NCBI GenBank assembly: GCA_964016885.1 | Contig: OZ024744.1 | Location: 127,410,001 to 127,474,000, forward strand | Source of the DNA: Eledone cirrhosa | Lineage: Eukaryota | DNA: 64,000 bases | Direction of reading: 5' to 3' | Shown: positions 47,501 to 59,500 of the stretch, in pieces | How the letters are laid out: the number at the start of each line of letters is the position of its first letter | How positions within the stretch are numbered: the first letter of the stretch is position 1 | Made by a program: the position numbers and the translations under genes | Notes under the pieces: generated by a model | What the model saw: the letters and a program-made list of their open reading frames with translations, nothing else | Told to the model about the DNA's origin: nothing | The model's database searches: none

Positions 47501-50500
47501 TTGGGGGTAAGTTAAGTTGAGGGTAAGTTAAGTTGGGGTTAAGTTAAGTTGGGGTTAAATTAAGTTGGGGGTAAGTTAAGTTGGGGGTAAGTTAATTGGG
47601 GTTAAGTTAAGTTGGGGTTAAATTAAGTTGAGGTTAAGTGAAGTTGGGGTTAAGTTAAGTTGGGGGTAAGATAAGTTGGGGGTAAGATAAGTTGGGGCTA
47701 AGTTAAGTTGGGGCTAAGTCAAGTTGGGGTTAATTCAAGTTGAGGTTAACTTAAGTTGGGGTTAAGTTAAGTTGGGGTTAAGTTAAGTTGGGGTTAAGGT
47801 AAGTTGGGGTTATGTTAAGTTGGGGCTAAGTTAAGTTGGGGCTAAGTTAAGTTGGGGCTGAGTTAAGTTGGGGTTAAGTTAAGTTGGGGTTGAGTTAAGT
47901 TGGGGTTAAGTTAAGTTGGGATTAAGTTAAGTTGGGGTTAAGTTAAGTTCGGCTTGAGTTAAGTTGGGGTTAAGTTAAGTTGGGGTTAATTTAAGTTGGG
48001 GTTAAGTTAAGTTGGGGTTAAGATAAGTTGGGGTTAAGTTAAGTTGGGGTTAAGTTAAGTTGGGGTTGAGTTAATTTGGGGTTAAGTTAAGTTGGGGTTA
48101 ACTTAAGTTGGGGTTAAGTTGGGGTTAAGTTAAGTTGGGGGTAGGTTAAGTTGGGGGCAAGTTAAGTTGGGGTTAAGTTAAGTTGGGGTTAAGTTAAGTT
48201 GGGGGTAAGTTAAGTCGGGATTAAGTTAACTTGGGGTTAAGTTAAGTTGGGTTTAAGTTAAGTTGGGGCTAAGTTAAGTTGGGGCTAAGTTAAGTTGGGG
48301 TTAAGTTAAGTTGGGGTTGAGTTAAGTTGGGGTTGAGTTAAGTTGGGGTTAAGTTAAGTTGGGGTTAAGTTAAGTTGGGGTTAAGTTAAATTGGGGTTAA
48401 GTTAAGTTGGGGTTAAGTTAAGTTGGGGGTAAGTTAAGTTGGGGGCAAGTTAAGTTGGGGTTAAGTTAAAGTTGGGGTTAAGTTAAGTTGGGGTAAAGTT
48501 AAGTTAGGGTTAAGTTAAGTTGGGGTTAAGTTAAGTTGGGGTTAAATTAAGTTGGGGTTCAGTTAAGTTGGGGTTAAATTAAGTTGGGGTTAAGTTAAGT
48601 TGGGGTTAAGTTAAGTTGGGGTTAAGGTAAGTTGGGGTTATGTTAAGTTGGGGCTAAGTTAAGTTGGGGCTAAGTTAAGTTGGGGCTGAGTTAAGTTGGG
48701 GTGAAGTTAAGTTGGGGTTGAGTTAAGTTGGGGTTAAGTTAAGTTGGGATTAAGTTAAGTTGGGGTTGAGTTAAGTTCGGCTTGAGTTAAGTTGGGGTTA
48801 AGTTAAGTTGGGGTTAATTTAAGTTGGGGTTAAGTTAAGTTGGGGTTAAGATAAGTTGGGGTTAAGTTAAGTTGGGGTTAAGTTAAGTTGGGGTTGAGTT
48901 AATTTGGGGTTAAGTTAAGTTGGGGCTAACTTAAGTTGGGGTTAAGTTGGGGTTAAGTTAAGTTGGGGGTAGGTTAAGTTGGGGGCAAGTTAAGTTGGGG
49001 TTAAGGTAAGTTGGGGTTAAGTTAAGTTGGGGGTAAGTTAAGTCGGGGTTAAGTTAAGTTGGGGTTAAGTTAAGTTGGGTTTAAGTTAAGTTGGGGCTAA
49101 GTTAAGTTGGGGCTAAGTTAAGTTGGGGCTGAGTTAAGTTGGGGGTAAGTTAAGTTGGGTGTAAGGTAAGTTGGGGTTAAGTTAAGTTGGGGTTAATTTA
49201 AGTTGGGGTTGAGTTAATTTGGGTTTAAGTTAAGTTGGGCTTAACTTAAGTTGGGGTTAAGTTGGGGTTAAGTTAAGTTGGGGTTAAGTTAAGTTGGGGG
49301 TAAGTTAAGTTGGGGGCAATTAAGTTGGGGTTAATTTAAGTTGGGGTTAAGTTAAGTTGGGGTTATGTTAAGTTGGGGTTAAGTTAAGTTGGGGTTAAGT
49401 TAAGTTGGGGGTAACTTAAGTTGGGGTTAAGTTAAGTTGAGGGTAAGTTAAGTTGAGGGTAAGTTAAGTTGAGGTTAAGTTAAGTTGGGGTTAAGTTAAG
49501 TTGGGGTTAAGTTAAGTTGGGGTTAAATTAAGTTGGGGTTAAGTTAAGTTGGGGTTAAGTTAAGTTGGGGTTAAATTAAGTTGGGGTTCAGTTAAGTTGG
49601 GGTTAAATTAAGTTGGGGTTAAGTTAAGTTGGGGTTAGTTAAGTTGGGGTTAAGTTAAGTTGGGGTTAAGTTAAGTTGGGGTTAAGTTAAGTTGGGGTTA
49701 AGTTAAGTTGGCGTTAAGTTAAGTTGGGGTTAAGTTAAGTTGGGGTTAAATTAAGTTGGGGTTAAGTTAAGTTGGGGTTAATTTAAGTTGGGGTTAAGTT
49801 AAGTTGGGGTTAAGTTAAGTTGGAGTTAAGTCAAGTTGGGGTTAAGTCAAGTTGGGGTTAAGTCAAGTTGGGGTTAAGTCAAGTTGGGGTTAAGTTAAGT
49901 TGGGGTTAAGTTAAGTTGGGGTTAAGTTAAGTTGGGGTTATGTTAAGTTGGGGGTAAGTTAAGTTGAGGGTAAGTTAAGTCGGGGTTAAGTTAAGTTGGG
50001 GTTAAATTAAGTTGGGGGTAAGTTAAGTTGGGTGTAAGTTAAGTTGGGGTTAAGTTAAGTTGGGGTTAAATTTAGTTGAGGTTAAGTTAAGTTGGGGGTA
50101 AGATAAGTTGGTCCTAAGTTAAGTTGGGGCTAAGTCAAGTTGGGGTTAAGTCAAGTTGAGGTTAACTTAAGTTGGGGTTAAGTTAAGTTGGGGTTAAGTT
50201 AAGTCGGGGTTAAGTTAAGTTGGGGTTAAGGTAAGTTGGGGTTATGTTAAGTTGGGGCTAAGTTAAGTTGGGGCTAAGTTAAGTTGGGGCTGAGTTAAGT
50301 TGGGGTTAAGTTAAGTTGGGGTTGAGTTAAGTTGGGGTTAAGTTAAGTTGGGGTTAATTTAAGTTGGGGTTAAGTTAAGTTGGGGTTAAGATAAGTTGGG
50401 GTTAAGTTAAGTTGGGGTTAAGTTAAGTTGGGGTTGAGTTAATTTGGGGTTAAGTTAAGTTGGGGTTAACTTAAGTTGGGGTTAAGTTGGGGTTAAGTTA

Positions 50501-53500
50501 AGTTGGGGGTAGGTTAAGTTGGGGGCAAGTTAAGTTGGGGTTAAGTTAAGTTGGGGTTAAGTTAAGTTGGGGGTAAGTTAAGTCGGGGTTAAGTTAAGTT
50601 GGGGTTTAGTTAAGTTGGGTTTAAGTTAAGTTGGGGCTAAGTTAAGTTGGGGCTAAGTTAAGTTGGGGCTGAGTTAAGTAGGGGGTAAGTTAAGTTGGGG
50701 GTAAGATAAGTTGGTCCTAAGTTAAGTTGGGGCTAAGTCAAGTTGGGGTTAAGTCAAGTTGAGGTTAACTTAAGTTGGGGTTAAGTTAAGTTGGGGTTAA
50801 GTTAAGTCGGGGTTAAGTTAAGTTGGGGTTAAGGTAAGTTGGGGTTATGTTAAGTTGGGGCTAAGTTAAGTTGGGGCTAAGTTAAGTTGGGGCTGAGTTA
50901 AGTTGGGGTTAAGTTAAGTTGGGGTTGAGTTAAGTTGGGGTTAAGTTAAGTTGGGGTTAATTTAAGTTGGGGTTAAGTTAAGTTGGGGTTAAGATAAGTT
51001 GGGGTTAAGTTAAGTTGGGGTTAAGTTAAGTTGGGGTTGAGTTAATTTGGGGTTAAGTTAAGTTGGGGTTAAGATAAGTTGGGGTTAAGTTAAGTTGGGG
51101 TTAAGTTAAGTTGGGGTTGAGTTAATTTGGGGTTAAGTTAAGTTGGGGTTAACTTAAGTTGGGGTTAAGTTGGGGTTAAGTTAAGTTGGGGGTAGGTTAA
51201 GTTGGGGGCAAGTTAAGTTGGGGTTAAGTTAAGTTGGGGTTAAGTTAAGTTGGGGGTAAGTTAAGTCGGGGTTAAGTTAACTTGGGGTTAAGTTAAGTTG
51301 GGGCTAAGTTAAGTTGGGGCTGAGTTAAGTTGGGGGTAAGTTAAGTTGGGTGTAAGTTAAGTTGGGGTTAAGTTAAGTTGGGGTTCAGTTCAGTTGGGGT
51401 TAAGTTAAGTTGGGGTTAAGTTAAGCTGGGGTTAAGTTAAGTTGGGGTTAAGTTAAGTTGGGGTTAAGTTAAGTTGGGGTTAAGTTAAGTTAGGGTTGAG
51501 TTAAGTTGGGGTTGAGTTAAGTTGGGGTTAAGTTAAGTTGGGGTTAAGTTAAGTTGGGGTTAAGTTAAGTTGGGGGTAAGTTAAGTTGGGGGCAAGTTAA
51601 GTTGGGGTTAAGTTAAAGTTGGGGTTAAGTTAAGTTGGGGTAAATTTAAGTTAGGGTTAAGTTAAGTTGGGGTTAAGTTAAGTTGGGGTTAAATTAAGTT
51701 GGGGTTCAGTTAAGTTGGGGTTAAATTAAGTTGGGGTTAAATTAAGTTGGGGTTAAGTTAAGTGGGGGTTAAGGTAAGTTGGGGTTATGTTAAGTTGGGG
51801 CTAAGTTAAGTTGGGGCTAAGTTAAGTTGGGGCTGAGTTAAGTTGGGGTTAAGTTAAGTTGGGGTTGAGTTAAGTTGGGGTTAAGTTAAGTTGGGATTAA
51901 GTTAAGTTGGGGTTGAGTTAAGTTCGGCTTGAGTTAAGTTGGGGTTAAGTTAAGTTGGGGTTAATTTAAGTTGGGGTTAAGTTAAGTTGGGGTTAAGATA
52001 AGTTGGGGTTAAGTTAAGTTGGGGTTAAGTTAAGTTGGGGTTGAGTTAATTTGGGGTTAAGTTAAGTTGGGGCTAACTTAAGTTGGGGTTAAGTTGGGGT
52101 TAAGTTAAGTTGGGGGTAGGTTAAGTTGGGGGCAAGTTAAGTTGGGGTTAAGGTAAGTTGGGGTTAAGTTAAGTTGGGGGTAAGTTAAGTCGGGGTTAAG
52201 TTAAGTTGGGGTTAAGTTAAGTTGGGTTTAAGTTAAGTTGGGGCTAAGTTAAGTTGGGGCTAAGTTAAGTTGGGGCTGAGTTAAGTTGGGGGTAAGTTAA
52301 GTTGGGTGTAAGGTAAGTTGGGGTTAAGTTAAGTTGGGGTTAATTTAAGTTGGGGTTGAGTTAATTTGGGTTTAAGTTAAGTTGGGCTTAACTTAAGTTG
52401 GGGTTAAGTTGGGGTTAAGTTAAGTTGGGGTTAAGTTAAGTTGGGGGTAAGTTAAGGTGGGGGCAATTAAGTTGGGGTTAATTTAAGTTGGGGTTAAGTT
52501 AAGTTGGGGTTATGTTAAGTTGGGGTTAAGTTAAGTTGGGGTTAAGTTAAGTTGGGGGTAACTTAAGTTGGGGTTAAGTTAAGTTGAGGGTAAGTTAAGT
52601 TGAGGGTAAGTTAAGTTGAGGTTAAGTTAAGTTGGGGTTAAGTTAAGTTGGGGTTAAGTTAAGTTGGGGTTAAATTAAGTTGGGGTTAAGTTAAGTTGGG
52701 GTTAAGTTAAGTTGGGGTTAAATTAAGTTGGGGTTCAGTTAAGTTGGGGTTAAATTAAGTTGGGGTTAAGTTAAGTTGGGGTTAGTTAAGTTGGGGTTAA
52801 GTTAAGTTGGGGTTAAGTTAAGTTGGGGTTAAGTTAAGTTGGGGTTAAGTTAAGTTGGCGTTAAGTTAAGTTGGGGTTAAGTTAAGTTGGGGTTAAATTA
52901 AGTTGGGGTTAAGTTAAGTTGGGGTTAATTTAAGTTGGGGTTAAGTTAAGTTGGGGTTAAGTTAAGTTGGAGTTAAGTCAAGTTGGGGTTAAGTCAAGTT
53001 GGGGTTAAGTCAAGTTGGGGTTAAGTCAAGTTGGGGTTAAGTTAAGTTGGGGTTAAGTTAAGTTGGGGTTAAGTTAAGTTGGGGTTAAGTTAAGTTGGGG
53101 TTAAGATAAGTTGGGGTTAAGTTAAGTTGGGGTTAATTTAAGTTGGGGTTGAGTTAATTTGGGTTTAAGTTAAGTTGGGCTTAACTTAAGTTGGGGTTAA
53201 GTTGGGGTTAAGTTAAGTTGGGGTTAATTTAAGTTGGGGGTAAGTTAAGTTGGGGGCAAGTTAAGTTGGGGTTAATTTAAGTTGGGGTTAAATTAAGTCG
53301 GGGTTATGTTAAGTTGGGGTTAAGTTAAGTTGGGGGTAACTTAAGTTGGGGTTAAGTTAAGTTGAGGGTAAGTTAAGTTGAGGGTAAGTTAAATTGAGGT
53401 TAAGTTAAGTTGGGGTTGAGTTAAGTTGGGGGTAAGTTAAGTTGGGGATAAGTTAAGTTGGGGTTAAGTTAAGTTGGGGTTAAATTAAGTTGAGGTTAAG

Positions 53501-56500
53501 TTAATTTGGGGTTAAGTTCAGTTGGGGTTAAGTTAAGTTGGGGGTAAGATAAGTTGGGGCTAAGTTAAGTTGGGGCTAAGTCAGGTTGGGGTTAAGTCAA
53601 GTTGAGGTTAACTTAAGTTGGGGTTAAGTTAAGTTGGGGTTAAGTTAAGTTGGGGTTAAGGTAAGTTGGGGTTAAGTTAAGTTGGGGCTAAGTTAAGTTG
53701 GGGCTAAGTTAAGTTGGGGCTGAGTTAAGTTGGGGTTAAGTTGGGGTTGAGTTAAGTTGGGGTTAAGTTAAGTTGGGATTAAGTTAAGTTGGGGTTAAGT
53801 TAAGTTCGGGTTGAGTTAAGTTGGGGTTAAGTTAAGTTGGGGTTAAGTTAAGTTGGGGGCAAGTTGAGTTGGGGTTAAGTTAAGTTGGGGTTAAGTTAAG
53901 GTGGGGGTAAGTTAAGTTGGGGGTAAGTTAAGTTGGGGTTAAGTTAAGTTGGGGTTAAGTTAAGTTGGGTTTAAGTTAAGTTGGGGCTAAGTTAAGTTGG
54001 GGCTAAGTTAAGTTGGGGCTGAGTTAAGTTGGGGTTAAGTTAAGTTGGGGTTAAGTTGGGGTTAACTTAAGTTGGGGTTAAGTTGGGGTTAAGTTAAGTT
54101 GGGGTTAAATTAAGTTGGGGGTTAGTTAAGTTGAGGCAAGTTAAGTTGGGGTTAATTTAAGTTGGGGTTAAGTTAAGTTGGGGTTATGTTAAGTTGGGGT
54201 TAAGTTAAGTTGGGGTTAAGTTAAGTTGGGGGTAAGTTAAGTTGGGGTTAAGTTAAGTTGGGGGTAAGTTAAGTTGAGGGTAAGTTAAGTTGGGGTTAAG
54301 TTAAGTTGGGGTTAAATTAAGTTGGGGGTAAGTTAAGTTGGGGGTAAGTTAATTGGGGTTAAGTTAAGTTAGGGTTAAATTAAGTTGAGGTTAAGTGAAG
54401 TTGGGGTTAAGTTAAGTTGGGGGTAAGATAAGTTGGGGGTAAGATAAGTTGGGGCTAAGTTAAGTTGGGGCTAAGTCAAGTTGGGGTTAATTCAAGTTGA
54501 GGTTAACTTAAGTTGGGGTTAAGTTAAGTTGGGGTTAAGTTAAGTTGGGGTTAAGGTAAGTTGGGGTTATGTTAAGTTGGGGCTAAGTTAAGTTGGGGCT
54601 AAGTTAAGTTGGGGCTGAGTTAAGTTGGGGTTAAGTTAAGTTGGGGTTGAGTTAAGTTGGGGTTAAGTTAAGTTGGGATTAAGTTAAGTTGGGGTTAAGT
54701 TAAGTTCGGCTTGAGTTAAGTTGGGGTTAAGTTAAGTTGGGGTTAATTTAAGTTGGGGTTAAGTTAAGTTGGGGTTAAGATAAGTTGGGGTTAAGTTAAG
54801 TTTGGGTTAAGTTAAGTTGGGGTTGAGTTAATTTGGGGTTAAGTTAAGTTGGGGTTAACTTAAGTTGGGGTTAAGTTGGGGTTAAGTTAAGTTGGGGGTA
54901 GGTTAAGTTGGGGGCAAGTTAAGTTGGGGTTAAGTTAAGTTGGGTTTAAGTTAAGTTGGGGCTAAGTTAAGTTTGGGCTAAGTTAAGTTGGGGTTAAGTT
55001 AAGTTGGGGTTGAGTTAAGTTGGGGTTGAGTTAAGTTGGGGTTAAGTTAAGTTGGGGTTAAGTTAAGTTGGGGTTAAGTTAAATTGGGGTTAAGTTAAGT
55101 TGGGGTTAAGTTAAGTTGGGGGTAAGTTAAGTTGGGGGCAAGTTAAGTTGGGGTTAAGTTAAAGTTGGGGTTAAGTTAAGTTGGGGTAAAGTTAAGTTAG
55201 GGTTAAGTTAAGTTGGGGTTAAGTTAAGTTGGGGTTAAATTAAGTTGGGGTTCAGTTAAGTTGGGGTTAAATTAAGTTGGGGTTAAGTTAAGTTGGGGTT
55301 AAGTTAAGTTGGGGTTAAGGTAAGTTGGGGTTATGTTAAGTTGGGGCTAAGTTAAGTTGGGGCTAAGTTAAGTTGGGGCTGAGTTAAGTTGGGGTGAAGT
55401 TAAGTTGGGGTTGAGTTAAGTTGGGGTTAAGTTAAGTTGGGATTAAGTTAAGTTGGGGTTGAGTTAAGTTCGGCTTGAGTTAAGTTGGAGTTAAGTTAAT
55501 TTGGGGTTAATTTAAGTTGGGGTTAAGTTAAGTTGGGGTTAAGATAAGTTGGGGTTAAGTTAAGTTGGGGTTAAGTTAAGTTGGGGTTGAGTTAATTTGG
55601 GGTTAAGTTAAGTTGGGGTTAAATTAAGTTGGGGTTAAGTTGGGGTTAAGTTAAGTTGGGGGTAGGTTAAGTTGGGGGCAAGTTAAGTTGGGGTTAAGTT
55701 AAGTTGGGGTTAAGTTAAGTTGGGGGTAAGTTAAGTCGGGGTTAAGTTAAGTTGGGGTTAAGTTAAGTTGGGTTTAAGTTAAGTTGGGGCTGAGTTAAGT
55801 TGGGGGTAAGTTAAGTTGGGGTTAAGTTAAGTTGGGGTTAATTTAAGTTGGGGTTGAGTTAATTTGGGTTTAAGTTAAGTTGGGCTTAACTTAAGTTGGT
55901 GTTAAGTTGGGGTTAAGTTAAGTTGGGGTTAAGTTAAGTTGGGGGTAAGTTAAGTTGGGGGCAAGTTATGTTGGGGTTAATTTAAGTTGGGCTTAAGTTA
56001 AGTTGGGGTTATGTTAAATTGGGGTTAAGTTATGTTGGTGTTAAGTTAAGTTGGGGGTAACTTAAGTTGGGGTTAAGTTAAGTTGAGGGTAAGTTAAGTT
56101 GAGGGTAAGTTAAGTTGAGGTTAAGTTAAGTTGGGGTTAAGTTAAGTTGGGGGTAAGTTAAGTTGGGGGTAAGTTAAGTTGGGGTTAAGTTAAGTTGGGG
56201 TTAAATTAAGTTGAGGTTAAGTTAATTTGGGGTTAAGTTAAGTTGGGGTTAAGTTAAGTTGGGGTTAAATTAAGTTGGGGTTCAGTTAAGTTGGGGTTAA
56301 ATTAAGTTGGGGTTAAGTTAAGTTGGGGTTAAGTTAAGTTGGGGTTAAGGTAAGTTGGGGTTATGTTAAGTTGGGGCTAAGTTAAGTTGGGGCTAAGTTA
56401 AGTTGGGGCTGAGTTAAGTTGGGGTTAAGTTAAGTTGGGGTTAAATTAAGTTGGGGTTAAGTTAAGTTGGGGTTAATTTAAGTTGGGGTTAAGTTAAGTT

Positions 56501-59500
56501 GGGGTTAAGTTAAGTTGGAGTTAAGTTAAGTTAGGGTTAAGTTAAGCTGGGGGTAAGTTAAGTTGGGGTTAAGTTAAGTTGGGGTTAAGTTAAGTTAGGG
56601 TTAAGCTAAGTTGGGGTTCAGTTAAGTTGGGGTTAAGTTAATTTGGGGCTGAGTTAAGTTGGGGTTAAGTTAATTTCGGGTTGAGTTAAGTTGGGGTTAA
56701 ATTAAGTTGGGGTTAAGATAAGTTGGGGTTAAGTTAAGTTGGGGTTAATTTAAGTTGGGGTTGAGTTAATTTGGGTTTAAGTTAAGTTGGGCTTAACTTA
56801 AGTTGGGGTTAAGTTGGGGTTAAGTTGGGGTTAAGTTAAGTTGGGGGTAAGTTAAGTTGGGGGCAAGTTAAGTTGGGGTTAATTTAAGTTGGGGTTAAGT
56901 TAAGTTGGGGTTATGTTAAGTTGGGGTTAATTTAAGTTGGGGTTAAGTTAAGTTGGGGGTAACTTAAGTTGAGGGTAAGTTAAGTTGAGGGTAAGTTAAG
57001 TTGAGGGTAAGTTAAGTTGAGGTTAAGTTAAGTTGGGGTTAAGTTAAGTTGGGGGTAAGTTAAGTTGGGGGTAAGTTAAGTTGGGGTTAAGTTAAGTTGG
57101 GGGTAAGATAAGTTGGGGCTAAGTTAAGTTGGGGCTACGTCAAGTTGGGGTTAAGTCAAGTTGAGGTTAACTTAAGTTGGGGTTAAGTTAAGTTGGGGTT
57201 AACTTAAGTTGGGGTTAAGGTAAGTTGGGGTTAAGTTAAGTTGGGGCTAAGTTAAGTTGGGGCTGAGTTAAGTTGGGGTTAAGTTGGGGTTAATTTAAGT
57301 TGGGGTTAAGTTAAGTTGGGGTTAAGTTAAGTTCGGGTTGAGTTAAGTTGGGGTTAAGTTAAGTTGGGGTTAATTTAAGTTGGGGTTAATTAAGTTGGGG
57401 TTAAGATAAGTTGGGGTTAAGTTAAGTTGGGGTTAAGTTAAGTTGGGGTTGAGTTAATTTGGGGTTAAGTTAAGTTGGGGTTAACTTAAGTTGGGGTTAA
57501 GTTAAGTTGGGGTTAAGTTAAGTTGGGGGTAAGTTAAGTTGGGGGCAAGTTGAGTTGGGGTTAAGTTAAGTTGGGGCTAAATTAAGGTGGGGGTAAGTTA
57601 AGTTGGGGGTAAGTTAAGTTGGGGTTAAGTTAAGTTGGGGTTAAGTTAAGTTGGGTTTAAGTTAAGTTGGGGCTAAGTTTAGTTGGGGCTAAGTTAAGTT
57701 GGGGCTGAGTTAAGTTGGGGTTAAGTTAAGTTGGGGTTGAGTTAAGTTGGGGTTATCTTAAGTTGGGGTTAAGTTGGTGTTAAGTTAAGTTGGGGTTAAA
57801 TTAAGTTGGGGGTTAGTTAAGTTGGGGCAAGTTAAGTTGGGGTTAATTTAAGTTGGGGTTAAGTTAAGTTGGGGTTATGTTAAGTTGGGGGTAAGTTAAG
57901 TTGAGGGTAAGTTAAGTCGGGGTTAAGTTAAGTTGGGGTTAAATTAAGTTGGGGGTAAGTTAAGTTGGGGGTAAGTTAAGTTGGGGTTAAGTTAAGTTGG
58001 GGTTAAATTAAGTTGAGGTTAAGTTAAGTTGGGGGTAAGATAAGTTGGTCCTAAGTTAAGTTGGGGCTAAGTCAAGTTGGGGTTAAGTCAAGTTGAGGTT
58101 AACTTAAGTTGGGGTTAAATTAAGTTGGGGTTAAGTTAAGTCGGGGTTAAGTTAAGTTGGGGTTAAGGTAAGTTGGGGTTATGTTAAGTTGGGGCTAAGT
58201 TAAGTTGGGGCTAAGTTAAGTTGGGGCTGAGTTAAGTTGGGGTTAAGTTAAGTTGGGGTTGAGTTAAGTTGGGGTTAAGTTAAGTTGGGGTTAATTTAAG
58301 TTGGGGTTAAGTTAAGTTGGGGTTAAGATAAGTTGGGGTTAAGTTAAGTTGGGGTTAAGTTAAGTTGGGGTTGAGTTAATTTGGGGTTAAGTTAAGTTGG
58401 GGTTAACTTAAGTTGGGGTTAAGTTGGGGTTAAGTTAAGTTGGGGGTAGGTTAAGTTGGGGGCAAGTTAAGTTGGGGTTAAGTTAAGTTGGGGTTAAGTT
58501 AAGTTGGGGGTAAGTTAAGTCGGGGTTAAGTTAAGTTGGGGTTTAGTTAAGTTGGGTTTAAGTTAAGTTGGGGCTAAGTTAAGTTGGGGCTAAGTTAAGT
58601 TGGGGCTGAGTTAAGTAGGGGGTAAGTTAAGTTGGGGGTAAGATAAGTTGGTCCTAAGTTAAGTTGGGGCTAAGTCAAGTTGGGGTTAAGTCAAGTTGAG
58701 GTTAACTTAAGTTGGGGTTAAGTTAAGTTGGGGTTAAGTTAAGTCGGGGTTAAGTTAAGTTGGGGTTAAGGTAAGTTGGGGTTATGTTAAGTTGGGGCTA
58801 AGTTAAGTTGGGGCTAAGTTAAGTTGGGGCTGAGTTAAGTTGGGGTTAAGTTAAGTTGGGGTTGAGTTAAGTTGGGGTTAAGTTAAGTTGGGGTTAATTT
58901 AAGTTGGGGTTAAGTTAAGTTGGGGTTAAGATAAGTTGGGGTTAAGTTAAGTTGGGGTTAAGTTAAGTTGGGGTTGAGTTAATTTGCGGTTAAGTTAAGT
59001 TGGGGTTAAGATAAGTTGGGGTTAAGTTAAGTTGGGGTTAAGTTAAGTTGGGGTTGAGTTAATTTGGGGTTAAGTTAAGTTGGGGTTAACTTAAGTTGGG
59101 GTTAAGTTGGGGTTAAGTTAAGTTGGGGGTAGGTTAAGTTGGGGGCAAGTTAAGTTGGGGTTAAGTTAAGTTGGGGTTAAGTTAAGTTGGGGGTAAGTTA
59201 AGTCGGGGTTAAGTTAACTTGGGGTTAAGTTAAGTTGGGGCTAAGTTAAGTTGGGGCTGAGTTAAGTTGGGGGTAAGTTAAGTTGGGTGTAAGTTAAGTT
59301 GGGGTTAAGTTAAGTTGGGGTTCAGTTCAGTTGGGGTTAAGTTAAGTTGGGGTTAAGTTAAGCTGGGGTTAAGTTAAGTTGGGGTTAAGTTAAGTTGGGG
59401 TTAAGTTAAGTTGGGGTTAAGTTAAGTTGGGGTTGAGTTAAGTTGGGGTTGAGTTAAGTTGGGGTTAAGTTAAGTTGGGGTTAAGTTAAGTTGGGGTTAA